A DNA stretch of 64,000 bases from Eledone cirrhosa. Taxonomy: Eukaryota. How positions within the stretch are numbered: position 1 is the first letter of the stretch; each line of letters starts with the position of its first letter. The notes beneath the pieces are model-generated. The model made no database searches. It was given only the letters and a program-made list of their open reading frames with translations, and was not told where the DNA came from. The stretch is from NCBI GenBank assembly GCA_964016885.1, contig OZ024743.1, positions 71,486,001 through 71,550,000 on the forward strand, written 5' to 3'. A program made the position numbers and the translations under genes. Positions 43,550 to 57,597 of the stretch are shown in pieces.

Positions 43550-43612
<63 letters not shown>

Positions 43613-43619
<7 letters not shown>

Positions 43620-43756
43620 GTTTGAATATGTATAATAAAGCCAAAACAATGCAGGTATGGACATAGAAAAAAGAATGTCTTTTGCAATTGCATTCTTTTT
43701 TCTATGTCCATACCTGCATTGTTTTGGCTTTATTATACATATTCAAACGTTTATAC
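43613..43756. repeat. Near-perfect ~65-bp-arm inverted repeat next to (TA)n
   Basis: aaacgtttgaatatgtataataaagcc..agaatg / cattct..ggctttattatacatattcaaacgttt. Confidence 0.9.
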
Positions 43757-43814
43757 CTCATTACACAATGCTTCAAGTGAACTATAACCTCCTCCCATAT
43801 ATATATATATATAT

Positions 43815-44153
43815 ATACCGTTGTTCCCCGACATTCGCGGCGGTTACATTCCTTGAGTACCGCGAAGAGCGAAAAACCGCGAATATTGGACGTGGTCCAT
43901 AAAATTGCCAATAAACTAAAAAATATAACGTAAAATATAATAAAAAGAAGAGCGTCCTATGCAAAGGGGCGTCCAATAGGCCGGAAAATACGGTACATTG
44001 TTGGTAATAATTTAGCGATAAAAATATATGTATTACCACGAAAAAATCCATAAAATATCGCGGAAGATATTTACGATTCCCGGAATATGTGGTCGTTTCC
44101 ACGAACAATAATTAGTTGGGTTCTAATGAAAATTCCACGAATATGCCAGTGGT

Positions 44154-44155
<2 letters not shown>
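43815..44155. mobile_element. Possible Tc/pogo (Tigger-like) MITE in (TA)n
   Basis: TA|ccgttgttccccgacattcgcgg.. with internal ccgcgaa repeats; right end degenerate. Confidence 0.45.
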
Positions 44156-44202
<47 letters not shown>

Positions 44203-44337
44203 ATTAAATATATATATATATATATATATAAAAGATACAGAAGCGAAAACCAACCAAACAGTGAGTGTGTTTTGTTATTAATTCTGGCAATACTATTACA
44301 CAAATATGACCCTCCACAAGTATAAGAATATATATAT

Positions 44338-44443
<106 letters not shown>

Positions 44444-44481
44444 GATAACAAGTTATCGTTATAGGTAATCCAGTTATCTAC

Positions 44482-44592
44482 GTACTCTGATGTGTTGACC
44501 AGAGGTGAATAACCTATTGGAGATCGAATAACACAACCTCAAGCGATTAGCGAACTCTAGACCCACATGATCAACGAAACAATTGTCAGTAC
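44482..44592 (+). ncRNA. Hammerhead motif with long loop II and one core substitution (A9U)
   Basis: gtact CTGATGT gttgacca..tgatcaac GAAA c aatt GTC agtac; perfect 5-bp stem I; AATAAA at 44597. The element 44440-44645 sits between (TA)n tracts. Confidence 0.75.
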
Positions 44593-44641
44593 TTTAAATA
44601 AAGCCCTTATTGTACAGCCAACCATGTTAATCTTCATTCTT

Positions 44642-44743
<102 letters not shown>

Positions 44744-44980
44744 AAGGCATTGTAGTCTGCTTGAAGCATTATGTAAAGCGTAGACATTAGCGACACAATA
44801 TCCTGCTCCGAAAAATTTTCCTAATTATCTCTTGATGAGAGGATTTCATCCCAAAATATAAGAATTTATAAATAATTGAAATGCAGCATACCAATATCTT
44901 TGTTATATTTTTGACCATTAATATGCAATTTACATTGTAGTAATCTTGTAATAAAACATTATTTTCTCTCCCTGTCTCTT

Positions 44981-45088
<108 letters not shown>

Positions 45089-45290
45089 GTAAAAGGTAAA
45101 CAGAAATAACAAAGCAAACAACATTGTACATTGAAGAAATGTATAGAAATGTATAGAAATGGCTTCTCCATGTCTAGAGCTGTTTCATTCAAAATAAATC
45201 ATCAGGAGGGCATCTATATATTAAAAATGATGTTTACACTCTACTAATGCATTGAGTAGCTTACTGTGGTTACCCTCGTAGAACCCGGGA

Positions 45291-45360
<70 letters not shown>

Positions 45361-46735
45361 ATATAGAAATGGCTTCTACAGGAATCGATTGAACCCGGGA
45401 TAAACACACACACACACATACACACACATATATATACACATATATATACAAATAGAAGTTTAGTAACATCGAAGTTTTGGCTGTGGCCAGGCTAACGATA
45501 TACAATTAGGAATGTGCAGCAAACCACTCGATAAGGTTGTGTCACCTTTGAGTAATAACATACGTTAGATAGCTTGAAAAATTGAAAACTGCGAACGGCG
45601 ACCCAGCCACATGAAGCCAAATCAACGAAAAAACCAATCAGGTGTTGACAAACCTGGACCATCTCGATCGATATTAAGCAATATCTCTGATAGGTTTCTA
45701 TAAATTCGAAATCAACAATTCCACTTGCGCAGTATGCAAGTTTTTGGTTTTGGATGACCGAACAGTGGACACACTTTATCAACAGGTTTCCGTTCTATGC
45801 CGCGAACTGGTGTGAATCGTAGCAGTAAACGACTAGCGATGACGTGCTTTTTCTCCAAACGAAAGTAACTCCCGGTTTTTGGCCGGCGAATTCAAAGTGT
45901 GAACAAAGGAATAAATTCAAATTCCACAAACCGAATAAAGTTCTCGACTAGACGTTATTAAACTAACATAAATAATTAACCAATCAATAGAATTGTCTAT
46001 TTAAATTAATTATATTCTGATTTAAACAAACGTTTTCCTTGGTTAAATCTCATTACATGCGATATAAGATTAAAGATCCATTTTGAAAGTGAGTGACTCC
46101 TCACTCATTATTGAGCAGCCGTAATCACAACTTCTGGAGAAGAATTATGCTATAGTAGAAGACAACCAAATGTTTGTGAGCAATAAACATATCAAATAAT
46201 TCGGCAGTACTGAAATGAATTTTATCCTGAAGCCCTATTTTATATTAAACCCTCTTTAGTTTAGGCAAAACCAATAAACTATACGCGTTGATATAATCTT
46301 TTGTTTGAACAGGTCCTCAATATTTACAATACAAAATTTAGCAACTATATCTGTAGGTCGAACGACCAGGAAGGAATTCTCTTACTGGCTCATTTACAAC
46401 TTATATCTATAGCAACCCCATTGGTAGGTCAATTTACTATAAAGAAGCTGCCCTCTAGCTCATTTACCATTATATTCTCAGGAGAAATAATTTTACATAG
46501 TAACGCCTCACAAAATCAGTATGGTGTGTAAATAAATACTTTTATCCCATTACACAAATAATATTTCAGTCTTCACAAGATCGATACCATTAGAGTTTGA
46601 TTACAGTACAAATGACAATAACAACTTATTGTGATTATTTTGTTTTAATCACTACATAATTGTCATGATTAATTAAAGCCTCGTTACTGTATTTAATTAC
46701 ATTACATAATATCTATTGCTATGATTTAATTGTAG

Positions 46736-46917
46736 GATTTCTTTTGGTGGAGAAGCTGATTCACATTTATCAGCTGGATGTAAAGGCAGCCAAAATCACA
46801 TCAGACAAACGCAGCATACCTGATATAATACGCTACCTGAAGATAACACGTTCTCAGTTCTTTCACCAATATATTGTTATATGTGACTCTGTTACTGTTA
46901 CTCGAATACTTAAACAG
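46736..46917 (+). CDS. Internal exon of an ionotropic glutamate receptor-like gene (amino-terminal/ANF-receptor domain)
   Basis: ttgtAG acceptor and cag|GTaacg donor; 182 bp, phase 1 to 0. Translates (G)FLLVEKLIHIYQLDVKAAKITSDKRSIPDIIRYLKITRSQFFHQYIVICDSVTVTRILKQ, resembling the kainate/AMPA ATD segment GLxRLQEL...IFDC...ILKQ. Confidence 0.75.
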
Positions 46918-47169
46918 GTAACGAATGCCTTCATATTCTTAATTTCAATGAAATATTGTTTTAATTTTCGTTTGTTAATCTTTTTTTTAATATCCTTGTA
47001 TAATTCTATATGCAATGAATGCTCGTATAATAGAAAACTGTTTTAAAAATAATGAAAAGAGATAAACGTTTATACTTTGGAAATATGATTCTCATTCAAC
47101 AGCTCGTAATACGAAAGACAAGTTTGTAACTGAAACTGATAAAATGACAGGTCAGTCAATCATATTAGT

Positions 47170-47590
47170 GGCCTCCCCACAGCCCCGGCGGACAGAATAG
47201 AGAAGGCGTTTCCCAGGAAGACGGCAAGGGAGACGCGCTGGAAAAGCCATTCCAGCTCGAAAGGCTCACACCTGCGACTGGCCAGCTCAGCGCCTACGGT
47301 GGTCAGTAAGGGAGGTAGCCCTAGGGCCGAGGACACCAGAAGTCTCCACAGCCAAGGGTACGACCGCAAACCTGTCGGAGAGCGACCGGCATTTGAAGAG
47401 TTTGACCTCCTCAGCCCGACGTGCAGCAGAACCTGGGTTAGTTGCAGACTGCACCAGGTTGCGGCTGGAGAAAGTGTTGGTGCAAGTGGCATACTTGGTG
47501 TGGTAAATAAATATATACATATATATTAGGTCTGAACATAGCGGAATCAATTTCCCATTTCCAATCGACATTAGTGACCTCTAGTTTTCG
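47170..47590 (-). mobile_element. CRE-like RLE fragment preceded by a copy of the family 3'UTR (inside iGluR intron)
   Basis: ATCTNTF..PGSAARRAEEVK..PLAVETSGVLGP..WLFQRVSLAVFLGNAFSIL; 47495-47560 matches 23018-23080. Confidence 0.78.
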
Positions 47591-48158
47591 CCGATTAAAT
47601 AATATATCAAAGTTCGGACTCAATAATTGAACGAGCGCTCATCGTCTTTATCATTGTTCAGGGTTCATGGCAGATACTTAACTTGTAAAGGACCAGTTCA
47701 CATACATAAAGGTTTTAAGAAGAAATGTTACTAGTCATATTTTGATATTTAGGCTCAGTCCCAGCAATATTTTGAGCAGGGAAGAAAATTGATTATATCG
47801 ATCCAAGTGTTTTGACAATTATTTTATTTTATCGATCCCGGAAGGATAAAAGGAAACGTTGACTTTGGAGAGATATGAACTCAGAACATAACTAAATACC
47901 ACAATTGATTTTATTCGATGCTCTAAAGATTCTGCATTACAGAGACCATTTTAATATAATAAATTATTAGGTTTCACTTTTAACTGTTTTAAATGACAAA
48001 ACATTTCAATTAATCACTATAGTATTATGTCGGAAATATGCCGAAGATTCTAAAGCAAATATTAACATTAATTACTCATTATGCATTACTAATGAATGTG
48101 CTTTATATATATATATATATATCACTAATTATATTTCGTTGTCTTTCACTAATGACAG

Positions 48159-48212
48159 GCTCTTTTGCTCAGTATGATGTCGTATCCCTATAACTGGCTA
48201 GTAGTCAACATG
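48159..48212 (+). CDS. 54-bp exon of the same iGluR-like gene (missed by ORF track)
   Basis: ctttcactaatgacAG acceptor with a ctaat branch-like motif; atg|GTAAGT donor; phase 0-0. Translates ALLLSMMSYPYNWLVVNM, equivalent to kainate-receptor ALAMGMMTEYYHYIFTTL. Confidence 0.8.
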
Positions 48213-48624
48213 GTAAGTACTGAACATTTCTTATACACATATATATAACGTCTTTATCTTCAGTGAATCAGTTATACCCAATACTGCAAGGAATGCACAG
48301 TTCGGTTTTGCCATGACTGTGTAACACCACATCTATCTCGTCATTTATATATATTTACCACATATAAAAGCACTTTACTTCTACTTTCATCTGTTAGGGA
48401 CATACACAAAAACACAATCATGATTGAACACAAAACTACTGCAGCATTTAACGATTAGATTGTTTTAGCACATCATGGTAAGGTGATGGAACTATAGCTA
48501 GTTGTACAGTCAAATATACTATACAGCTTCTTCAAATCTAACTTATGTTGATTCTTATGTATTGTTGATTGTAGCAATTGGTTTCGCCAGATTTACGATA
48601 TGATATGTAGGTTCGTCACAAGAG

Positions 48625-48810
48625 ACACATGTTGCTTTGCATGTGGGATATGTTGCTTTGTATGTGGTACATGTTGGTTTGGAAGTGGTACATGTTGCTT
48701 TGTAATTAGCACATGTTGCCTTGTATGTGGTACGTGTTGGTTTGCAATTGGTACATGTTGCTTTGCAATTGCCACATGTTGGTTTGGAATTGGTACATGT
48801 TGCTTTAAGT
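48625..48810. repeat. 21-bp minisatellite (ggtacatgttgctttgtatgt-like), ~9 units, intronic
   Basis: acatgttg(c/g)tttg recurs every 21 bp. Confidence 0.9.
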
Positions 48811-49235
48811 AACATCTAGTTTTAACCTCTGGTCAACTTCATTCAAGCAGAGGAAATGTACCCATAATTCCATAATTTTAGTGTTATGTATGGCTATATT
48901 ATCTAATCGTTTTTTTCTTTACTTAAGATATTAGGGTGTAACTTAAGGAAAATTATTTTGTTATTTCTGGTAAGACAGTTAAGGACAAAGCAGCTCCGTC
49001 TTGTGTTTATATTTGGTGAGTTGTAGCGGGATATTGTTCTGTGTTTCTCCATATCACGAAGAAATATAACTTAAAGTAAAGTGAGGTTATTTTATCCTCT
49101 ATATATTTCGAAGTATATGAATGTGAAGAATGTGTACACCTATATTAATGCAGCATAGCACTTCAATATCCTAGAGTTTGTAACAGATTTGGTCTCGTTT
49201 CTTGGTTTTTAATTTATTTTATTTCGCTTTTCTAG

Positions 49236-49484
49236 GGTCTGGAGGAAGTAGATTTGGATGATCTAATTCCAGCGCATCCTAATTTAACATTGCTCCAGCT
49301 CATGGTAGATCCGGATTCGGCACAATGTACACCGCAAGTGAGAAATATGATCATTGATAAAAACCTGTCCATAGCTGATGCAATACTTCATGATGCTTTT
49401 CTTTTATCATTGGAATTATTGAAAGTAGAACAGAACTCGACTAAACTCGAATCTAACACCACATTTGAATTACCGACAAAACCG
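49236..49484 (+). CDS. 249-bp exon of the same iGluR-like gene
   Basis: Long pyrimidine tract plus ctAG; ccg|GTGAGT donor; phase 0-0. Translates GLEEVDLDDLIPAHPNLTLLQLMVDPDS...DAILHDAFLL..., matching ATD motifs DLxxxDL...NIT.F.LVDP and ALxYDA. Confidence 0.8.
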
Positions 49485-49525
49485 GTGAGTAACAATACAA
49501 TTAATTCACACAGTAAAAAATAATT

Positions 49526-49732
49526 TGGATTGGCAGAATCGTTAGTGTCGGAGAAAATGCTTTGTAGCATTTATTTCGGTTCTTAACGTCCTGATTTTTA
49601 ATTCTGCCAAGGTCTATTGCCTTTCATCCTTTCGGGGTCGATAAAATAAAGCACCGGTAACGCACTGGGGTAGATTTAACCGATTTTCCCCTACCCCCAA
49701 ATTTTTAGCCTTGTGCTTAAAACAGAAACCAT
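49526..49732 (+). mobile_element. SINE A (older variant) 40 bp downstream of the iGluR exon donor
   Basis: ggattggcagaatcgttag..gcctttcatcctttcggggtcgataaaataaag. Confidence 0.88.
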
Positions 49733-50552
49733 TATTTCATGCTATAAAAAATAGTTTTGCTTCTGCTTTGCCCGGATAAGAAAAATATGAATCCGTTTAA
49801 TATGATATAACTATGTAAATTGTTTTGTTCATGTAGAACACGTAGGCAGGTCAAATGGTTAACGATGTCGATTCACAATCCTGAGAGATTCTGTATTCAG
49901 AGCAATCCTGGATAGGTTTCGGATCGATCTAAGCTTTGTAAGTAAAATTAGTCGGACGGAAAATATGTGTAAGCCCGTCAGATTGACTGTAGTTGGAATT
50001 TAAAGGGTCTCCATTGTAAAAATCACTGTCTTACTGAATCTCCCTCGGAATTATATCAAATGAAACACATACACGCTACCTTCACGGTTAGACCGTTCCA
50101 TTGATCAAACGACCGAAACACATACACGCTACCTTCACTGTTAGACCGTTCCATTGATCAAACGACCGAAACATTCAGCGTCAAAACCAGTGCAAGTTCG
50201 AGATAAGAAACAAGACGATTTATTCTAAAATACATTAACAAAGGAGTATCGATCCACTTTCATCAAATCGGACCGAGGAAACAATGTTTCCGTTGGTCTT
50301 TCCAATTGCTAATACTATCTATCGGTCTCAACTCCAGGTAGAAGGAGCAACGTGAAATAAAGTGTCTTGCTCAAGAACATAACGCATCACCCGGTTCAGG
50401 AATCGAACTCACAACCTCAAGATTGAGAATCGTATTCAAATAAAAAGCTCATCTAATTTGATAATAACAGCAAACACCTGAAAATATTTGAATTCCCCCA
50501 CAGGTGGCACAACCTATCTCACTATAATATTCAGCAGAGTAGGAAAGATCAT

Positions 50553-51000
50553 TCTTCTTCTTCTTCTTCTTCTTCTTCTTCTTCTTCTTCAGAAGATCAT
50601 GGGTGCAGAGTCCTCAAACACTCCTTCAGAAGCAACCGCCCACAACTGATCCCGCTGGATCTCCAAGCGAGACCAGCCAAGCTCATGGATGTTATCCAAC
50701 CATCTTGTTCGTGGACTACCCCTGGGTCTCTTGCCGGTTGTTTTTGTCCGGAAAAACTGTCCAGCGATTCTTTGCTGAGACATTCTAACAACCTGTCCAT
50801 AACATCGCAGCCATGATCTCTCAATTCAGAGAAGTAGCGGCTTTACCTGAAGTGACTCTCTGATCTCGGAGCCATGCATTCTAATGAGTAACTTAACTCC
50901 AAAGACCTTTCGGTAGAACCCCATTTCGGCCGCTTGTATTCGCGATCGTATTCTTTCTTTGATTACCCAAGATTCATGAGTATAGATAAAGGTCACTCTT
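50553..51000 (-). mobile_element. RTE LINE 3' end
   Basis: GKRPRGSPRTRWLDNI; (TTC)n tail at 50553-50590. Confidence 0.88.
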
Positions 51001-52631
51001 GACTTTTAAAAATCCTCAATAGACTAATATGGTCGATGTAGATAATTTGAAGTTGTGTAGGTTGGCAAAGAGAGAATTCTAAAGGGCTTCAGCTTTGTAA
51101 AAAAACATACAGAGCAATAGTTAGCCTTTGAGGATTACGAGACGAGGGGTAGCATGTGCTTTGGCTTCGGACGAGCCCGATTATATAAAGCAACTCAAAG
51201 GAGAGAGAAAGAAAGTAAGAGAGATACATACACACAACACGCACATATTTCTATTCCCATAAACAGTAATAAACTATCTTTTATTGAAAATAGTAGATTC
51301 TCTAAACTCCTCTTTTGTTTTTCAGTGGCTATTACTAATTTGTGTGGCTTAAATTAGCTAACTTCGTGTTTCGAATACGGTCAGTCTACATGCATGTATA
51401 ATATAGTTCTTGTACTGATATATAGCTTTGTCAATTAAGTTTCTAATAGATCCAGTTGTTAAACTGTTGTTAATCTATCAAGTTGTTAAACGACCAAATT
51501 GTTAAACTAGCAATTAGTCAAACTGTCAGGTTCTTATTTATAAAATTGTTATATTAGACTATTTTGCTCCAGGTTTATTTAAGAATATTCGCCTTATGTG
51601 TCGACACTAGGCATTCTGGTAACATTTTAATAATTGTCACACTGTTTGTTTTTATCCCCCCCCCCAAAAAAAAAACAACAACAACAACAACAACACTGTT
51701 TGCTGTCTTTGTCGGTTTCGACGACTAGTGTTCTAGTTGTTTGGTCAACGGAACAACGTGTACGTGAAATTAGCGTGAAATTAGGTTGACAATTCCACAG
51801 GTATGTGTGAACTTATACAAGGCTGGCTCTTTAAAATACAGGTATGACACAGTTTGTCCATCTGAAAGATTTGGAGCAGCATGAAACTGATATACTCAAA
51901 GATACAAATCACCCCAGAGGATGGAGAACACGACACCACGACCGTTTGACCACTATATATAAATAATTGCTAACAAACTACAACTTTATTTGCAAGTAGA
52001 TTAGCTTAACGAAAACTAACAATTTAACCCTTTTTTATTTTAAAAGTGTTTCTTGTTACGATGACATTTTAGAAATAGATATACATTTTCTCCTAAATAA
52101 TACAGATATTACAAATAATACACATTCTTTCGAAAAAACTGTGTCATAGATTTTTCCTCAGCTGATCCTATGTGAACTCCACACAAAATATTTACAAACA
52201 ATGACAATAAAAAAATATGAAAAAAAAAGAAAGAAAATAAATAAATATATAAAAATACAAAACAGAACAATGAAATAATTTTTCTAGATTTTAAGTAAAA
52301 TCGATAGTTTAGAGTCTGAACATGTGCAATGAAATCAATAAATATAAAAACAAAAATCCAGAGAGGAATCAATTAAAATTGAAGATTTTCCGTTGTTATT
52401 TATCTAAGATTTTCAGTCTTTCTTTCAGGATAGACATTCTTAATATAAATAACTCTTTGTGAAACAACAGCGTTTCTAACAACTGATTCGGAACTTTTAC
52501 TAAACACGTGGGAAAACACAACAGACGTTCTCTGAATATGCACACACACTGTTGCACACATACATATATTATATATATATATATAACAAAGAAAGTGATA
52601 TATATATATATATATATATTTCATTTTTTCC

Positions 52632-52662
<31 letters not shown>

Positions 52663-52667
<5 letters not shown>

Positions 52668-53320
52668 GGAAAAAATGAAATTTCATTTGTCACTCTTAGT
52701 ACGGCTGATACTCAAATATAGGTATGTATACGTACATACATATATGTATACAGACGTACAGTAGTATGTATATACATACACACATATATATATATATGTA
52801 CGTATTGGTTTACCGAACATTTATTATAATGCTCGGTTTGTTTGTAAACAAACAGCCCGTATTATTAGCCGTACAGTGTTCGGCAACCATCGTTGCCATT
52901 TTGTTCAACACTGAAAAAGGAACGATGAACTAGTTTCTAGCTTATTAGCTGTCATCAGCACTGTATACCTTCCTGTCAGTTGATTGAACGTTTGAAAGTA
53001 TATACTTTCCTTATGCATATTAACGGCTGAGCAGCCTAATTTGCACATCGAGTGAGTTAGTCGGCCGGGCGTACCAAAAACGATAAATGGAAAAAATGAA
53101 ATTTTATTTCTAACTGTTAGTACGGTTGATACTCACATATAAGTATGTATACGTACATATATATAGCCCGATTATAATTCGGGCTGTTTGTTTACAAACA
53201 AACCTAGCATAATAATAAATGTTCGGTAAACCGATACGTACATATACATATATGTGTGTATGTATATACATACTACTGTACGTATGTATACATATATGTA
53301 TGTACGTATACATACTTATA
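52663..53320 (-). mobile_element. Non-coding retrozyme/PLE-like element: 421-bp unit, ~77-bp terminal direct repeat, inverted partial copy
   Basis: taaatggaaaaaatgaaa..tacgtacata occurs at 52663 and 53084. 53165-53320 is the reverse complement of ~52720-52865. Internal hammerhead; second copy at 38972-39440. Confidence 0.78.
52923..52963 (-). ncRNA. Minimal hammerhead motif in terminally redundant element 52663-53320
   Basis: Minus strand: cagtg CTGATGA c agct-aata-agct a GAAA cta GTT catcg. Homologue of 39063-39103. Confidence 0.82.
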
Positions 53321-53330
53321 TATATATATA

Positions 53331-54194
53331 CGAGGTGTGTCAGAAAAGTTCCAGGACTGATGTCACAAAAGATTTATTTCAAACCCAAACTTCACACTAA
53401 GAGTTTTCTCCTTCAAAGTAATCCCGTTTGAGTCTAATGCACTTTCCCATCCTTTACTTCCATGTTTGCATGCACTCCTGGAAGGATTCTTCCGGGATCC
53501 TCCGCAGTTCGGTCGTCAGGGCCTTTTTGATGTCGTCCACGTCTTCAAAACGGGTACCCTCCGGGTCGTACTAGAAGATCCATGACTCATCACCGGTGAT
53601 GACTGTCCCTAGCAAGTCTGGTTCGGTTTCAAGACGCTCGAGGATTTCCTGGCACACTTGCATGAGTCGACCCTTCTGGTCATCGTTCAGAATTTTTGGC
53701 ACCATCTTCGCGCAGACTTTCCGCATGTCCAAATCTTCAGTGAGAATCTTCCAGAAGCTGTCCCGATTCATGCCCAGCTCATTTGCCATCAGTCGAACAG
53801 TCAGCCGACGATCGCTACGCACCATCTGCCTGACGCGCTCAACCTTGAACTCAGTCCTGGTTGTTGAGGACCTTCCGCTCCTGGTGTCATCTTGCACCAG
53901 TCAAAAACCCGTGAGCGTGACATCGCCTCATCTCCATACACTTGCTGCAGCAATCCCAGTGACGGAGTTTTCCCCAACCGTACCAGAAACATCAAGTTTG
54001 TTCGTTGCTCTATGCTTATTGTTTGACGACCTGAAACAGATGACATGTATATAAAATTATGAAGAAAAAAGTTTGATCGCTGCAGAGAGCTAAGTTTACA
54101 GTTACATACTCCAGGAGAAATCTCTTAGTGTGAAGTTTGGGCTTGAAATAAATCTTTTGTGACATCAGTCCTGGAACGTTTCTGACGCACCTCG
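53331..54194 (-). mobile_element. Internally deleted mariner (Tc1/mariner) transposon
   Basis: TA-flanked ~80-bp TIRs starting CGAGGTGTGTCAGAAAAGTTCCAGGACTG. Minus-strand transposase remnants EQRTNLMF..VYGDEAMSRSRVFDW..RSGR..KVCAKMVPKIL..ITGDESWIF*YDPE join directly to GTRFEDVDDIK..DYFEG; the catalytic middle is lost. Confidence 0.93.
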
Positions 54195-54217
54195 TATATA
54201 TATTATATATATATATC

Positions 54218-54313
<96 letters not shown>

Positions 54314-54328
54314 ATATATATATAAATA

Positions 54329-54372
<44 letters not shown>

Positions 54373-54644
54373 AATATGTATATATATATATATGTATATA
54401 TATATGTATATATATATATATATCATATATATATATATATCATATACATATATATATATATATATATCATATATATATATATATCATATACATATATATA
54501 TATATCATATATATATATATATATATATCATATATATATACATATATGTATATCATATATATATATATATGTATATCATATATATATATATATATATATA
54601 TAAATATCATATATATATAGATATATATATATCATATATATATA

Positions 54645-56214
54645 TTGTTATACTTGGGGAAGGTCATATTTGTGTAATATTGCCAAATTAATAACAGAAC
54701 ACACTCACTGTTTGGTTGGTTTTCACTTTTCGCTTCTGTGTCTTTTATATCGGTAATCTAATTTATTCGGTCCTCAATGTTGCCATTGACTGACCGACGG
54801 TCAAAAAAATACAGACACAATATAGACACAAACACATATATATAGTTTATCAAAGTTCTTTCGTTGCACATCTGCAACATCGTCAGTGGTGCTATTGTTT
54901 CCGCCCGTTACATTGTATGTCTACGCCATTTTTATTTAGTCTGTCTATATATTTATTTATTTATTTGTTTGTTTGTTTATTTTATTTTGTCTTCTTTGCG
55001 CATGCGTTTGCGGGTGTGTATAGTGTTTTGTTTGATGTGTGTTCGTGATTGGGTGACTAGTGTGTGTTTATATGTGTTTGTTGTTATTGTGCTTGTGTAT
55101 GTATTTATTTGTTTATTTATCTATTTATTTATTTATTTATTTATACTTCTCTTAGGTCAGTGTTGTTTGTTTGGGTGTTGTTGTTATTCCATTCATTCTT
55201 TCCGTTTAGTCTTGGCCTTCTAAGTTCTATTTCACTGGCCTCTCTGATTTGCCTATCTGCTGGGTCATTTCTATGTTTAGATATTATTCTAATTTCTATG
55301 TTGTCTATGTTACCGTCGTGTTGTTGTCTGGCATGTTCGTATAGTACTGACCCGTTTTTTCGTCCTTTTAGTTCCCACCAGTGTTGGTCTATCCTTTCAC
55401 CTATGCTACGAGCTGTCTGGCCTATGTATGTTGTTGTCATGTTTCTGCAAGTACCCTCTGTACATCTTATGCTATAGACTACGTTTCTAGTTTTACAGTT
55501 TATTTGGGGGTTTACCTTACATATGATACATTTCCTATTAGTACAGTGGGTTTTCTTAAAAGGTTAGGTTTTGCTGATCAGGGATTTTATGGTGGTTCCT
55601 GGCTTTTCTACCACCTTAATCTTTAAGTGGGTCTTTCTCAGGGCCTTTCTACACTGGTTCACTAATTTCCCTCCAGGGGCAGCGTCCACAAACATGACAC
55701 TCTGGTATCTCTGGTTGTCGTACCATGAGGTGGCTTTCCCTATCTTATGTCTAGCCCTATCTAAGCTATTCCATGATTTGCTCCTGTATAATGGGCAAAT
55801 TCCTTTCATGTCCAGTTCTATGAGGGTCTTATACTTCTCCATGGCTCCTTCGTATACTCTAACTCTGTCTCTTTGGTTGTAGCCAGAGAACTGCATGCGG
55901 TTGATGAAGTGTTGGATGTGTCTTTCCATTTCTGTTGGGTCGCACATACGGGACACATTCTTCATCACTCGTACCAAATCTGCGATCAGAATATTAAACT
56001 TAGCACTACTGGATATTGCTGACTTTTTGAGTATCAGGTATTTGGAGGCCATGGGTTTAGCATAGTGTGAGTGGAGAATTTGGGCTCTCTCGTCTATAGT
56101 GTTAATCCAGAGTTCCGTGTCTAATATAGATAGTCTATTGTTAGGGTGTTTGGAAGGGTAGTCAAAAGTTACAGTTATACTCTAGTGTATGGAATTAGCT
56201 AATTAGGGAAGTCG
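54645..56214 (-). mobile_element. 5'-truncated Penelope-like retroelement, probably Naiad-like (RT C-terminus, Cys linker, GIY-YIG endonuclease, 3' hammerhead)
   Basis: One frame ~56200 to 55141 with two in-frame stops (TAG 56182-84, TAA 55564-66): ..TFDYPSKHPNNRLSILDTELW..HYAKPMASK..CTNRKCIIC..NCKTRNVVYSIRCTEGTC..YIGQTARSIGERIDQH..HARQQH..REASEI..LN. CC/HH residues lie around GIY-YIG. Flanked by long (TA)n. The 3' tail has an inverted homologue at 44230-44330. Confidence 0.88.
54849..54890 (-). ncRNA. Hammerhead motif in 3'UTR of the Naiad-like PLE
   Basis: Minus strand: acca CTGACGA t gttgca-gatg-tgcaac GAAA gaa CTT tgat; same strand as, and ~250 bp downstream of, the GIY-YIG stop. Confidence 0.8.
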
Positions 56215-57415
<1,201 letters not shown>

Positions 57416-57505
57416 CAAAGTGTGGCAAGAAACCAGGTGGACCATAACGCATCAGAGTACTCGATACTTAGGGTAGTAGAGTGGGTAACAGGAAAAGAGT
57501 CAGGA

Positions 57506-57597
57506 CCCCGACGGCTGAGCTCAAGCCGTTTCGATGGCTATTTTTGGACTAAATTAAATTTTTCCGTGGTGCTGATATAGCCGAACTCTTCAAGATA
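57506..57597 (-). ncRNA. Hammerhead-like motif in fold-back element 57413-57752
   Basis: Minus strand: TTGAAGA gttc ggctat..atagcc atc GAAA cggct-tgagctc-agcc GTC gggg; C3 altered. Partial inverted copy at 57658-57752. Confidence 0.6.

Noticed and set aside
45160-45210. Hammerhead of the 7391 family on the minus strand
   Set aside because: A family member, but the cleavage triplet is mutated (GGA), so it is not counted as a ribozyme.
46313-46423. Candidate upstream exon of the iGluR-like gene
   Set aside because: AG/GT are present, but the open frame ends in phase 0 while the next exon needs phase 1, and the peptide is not ATD-like.
48555-48815. Cys/Thr-rich heptad protein (KATCTNC repeats)
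   Set aside because: 21-bp minisatellite inside the iGluR intron, open in several frames on both strands.
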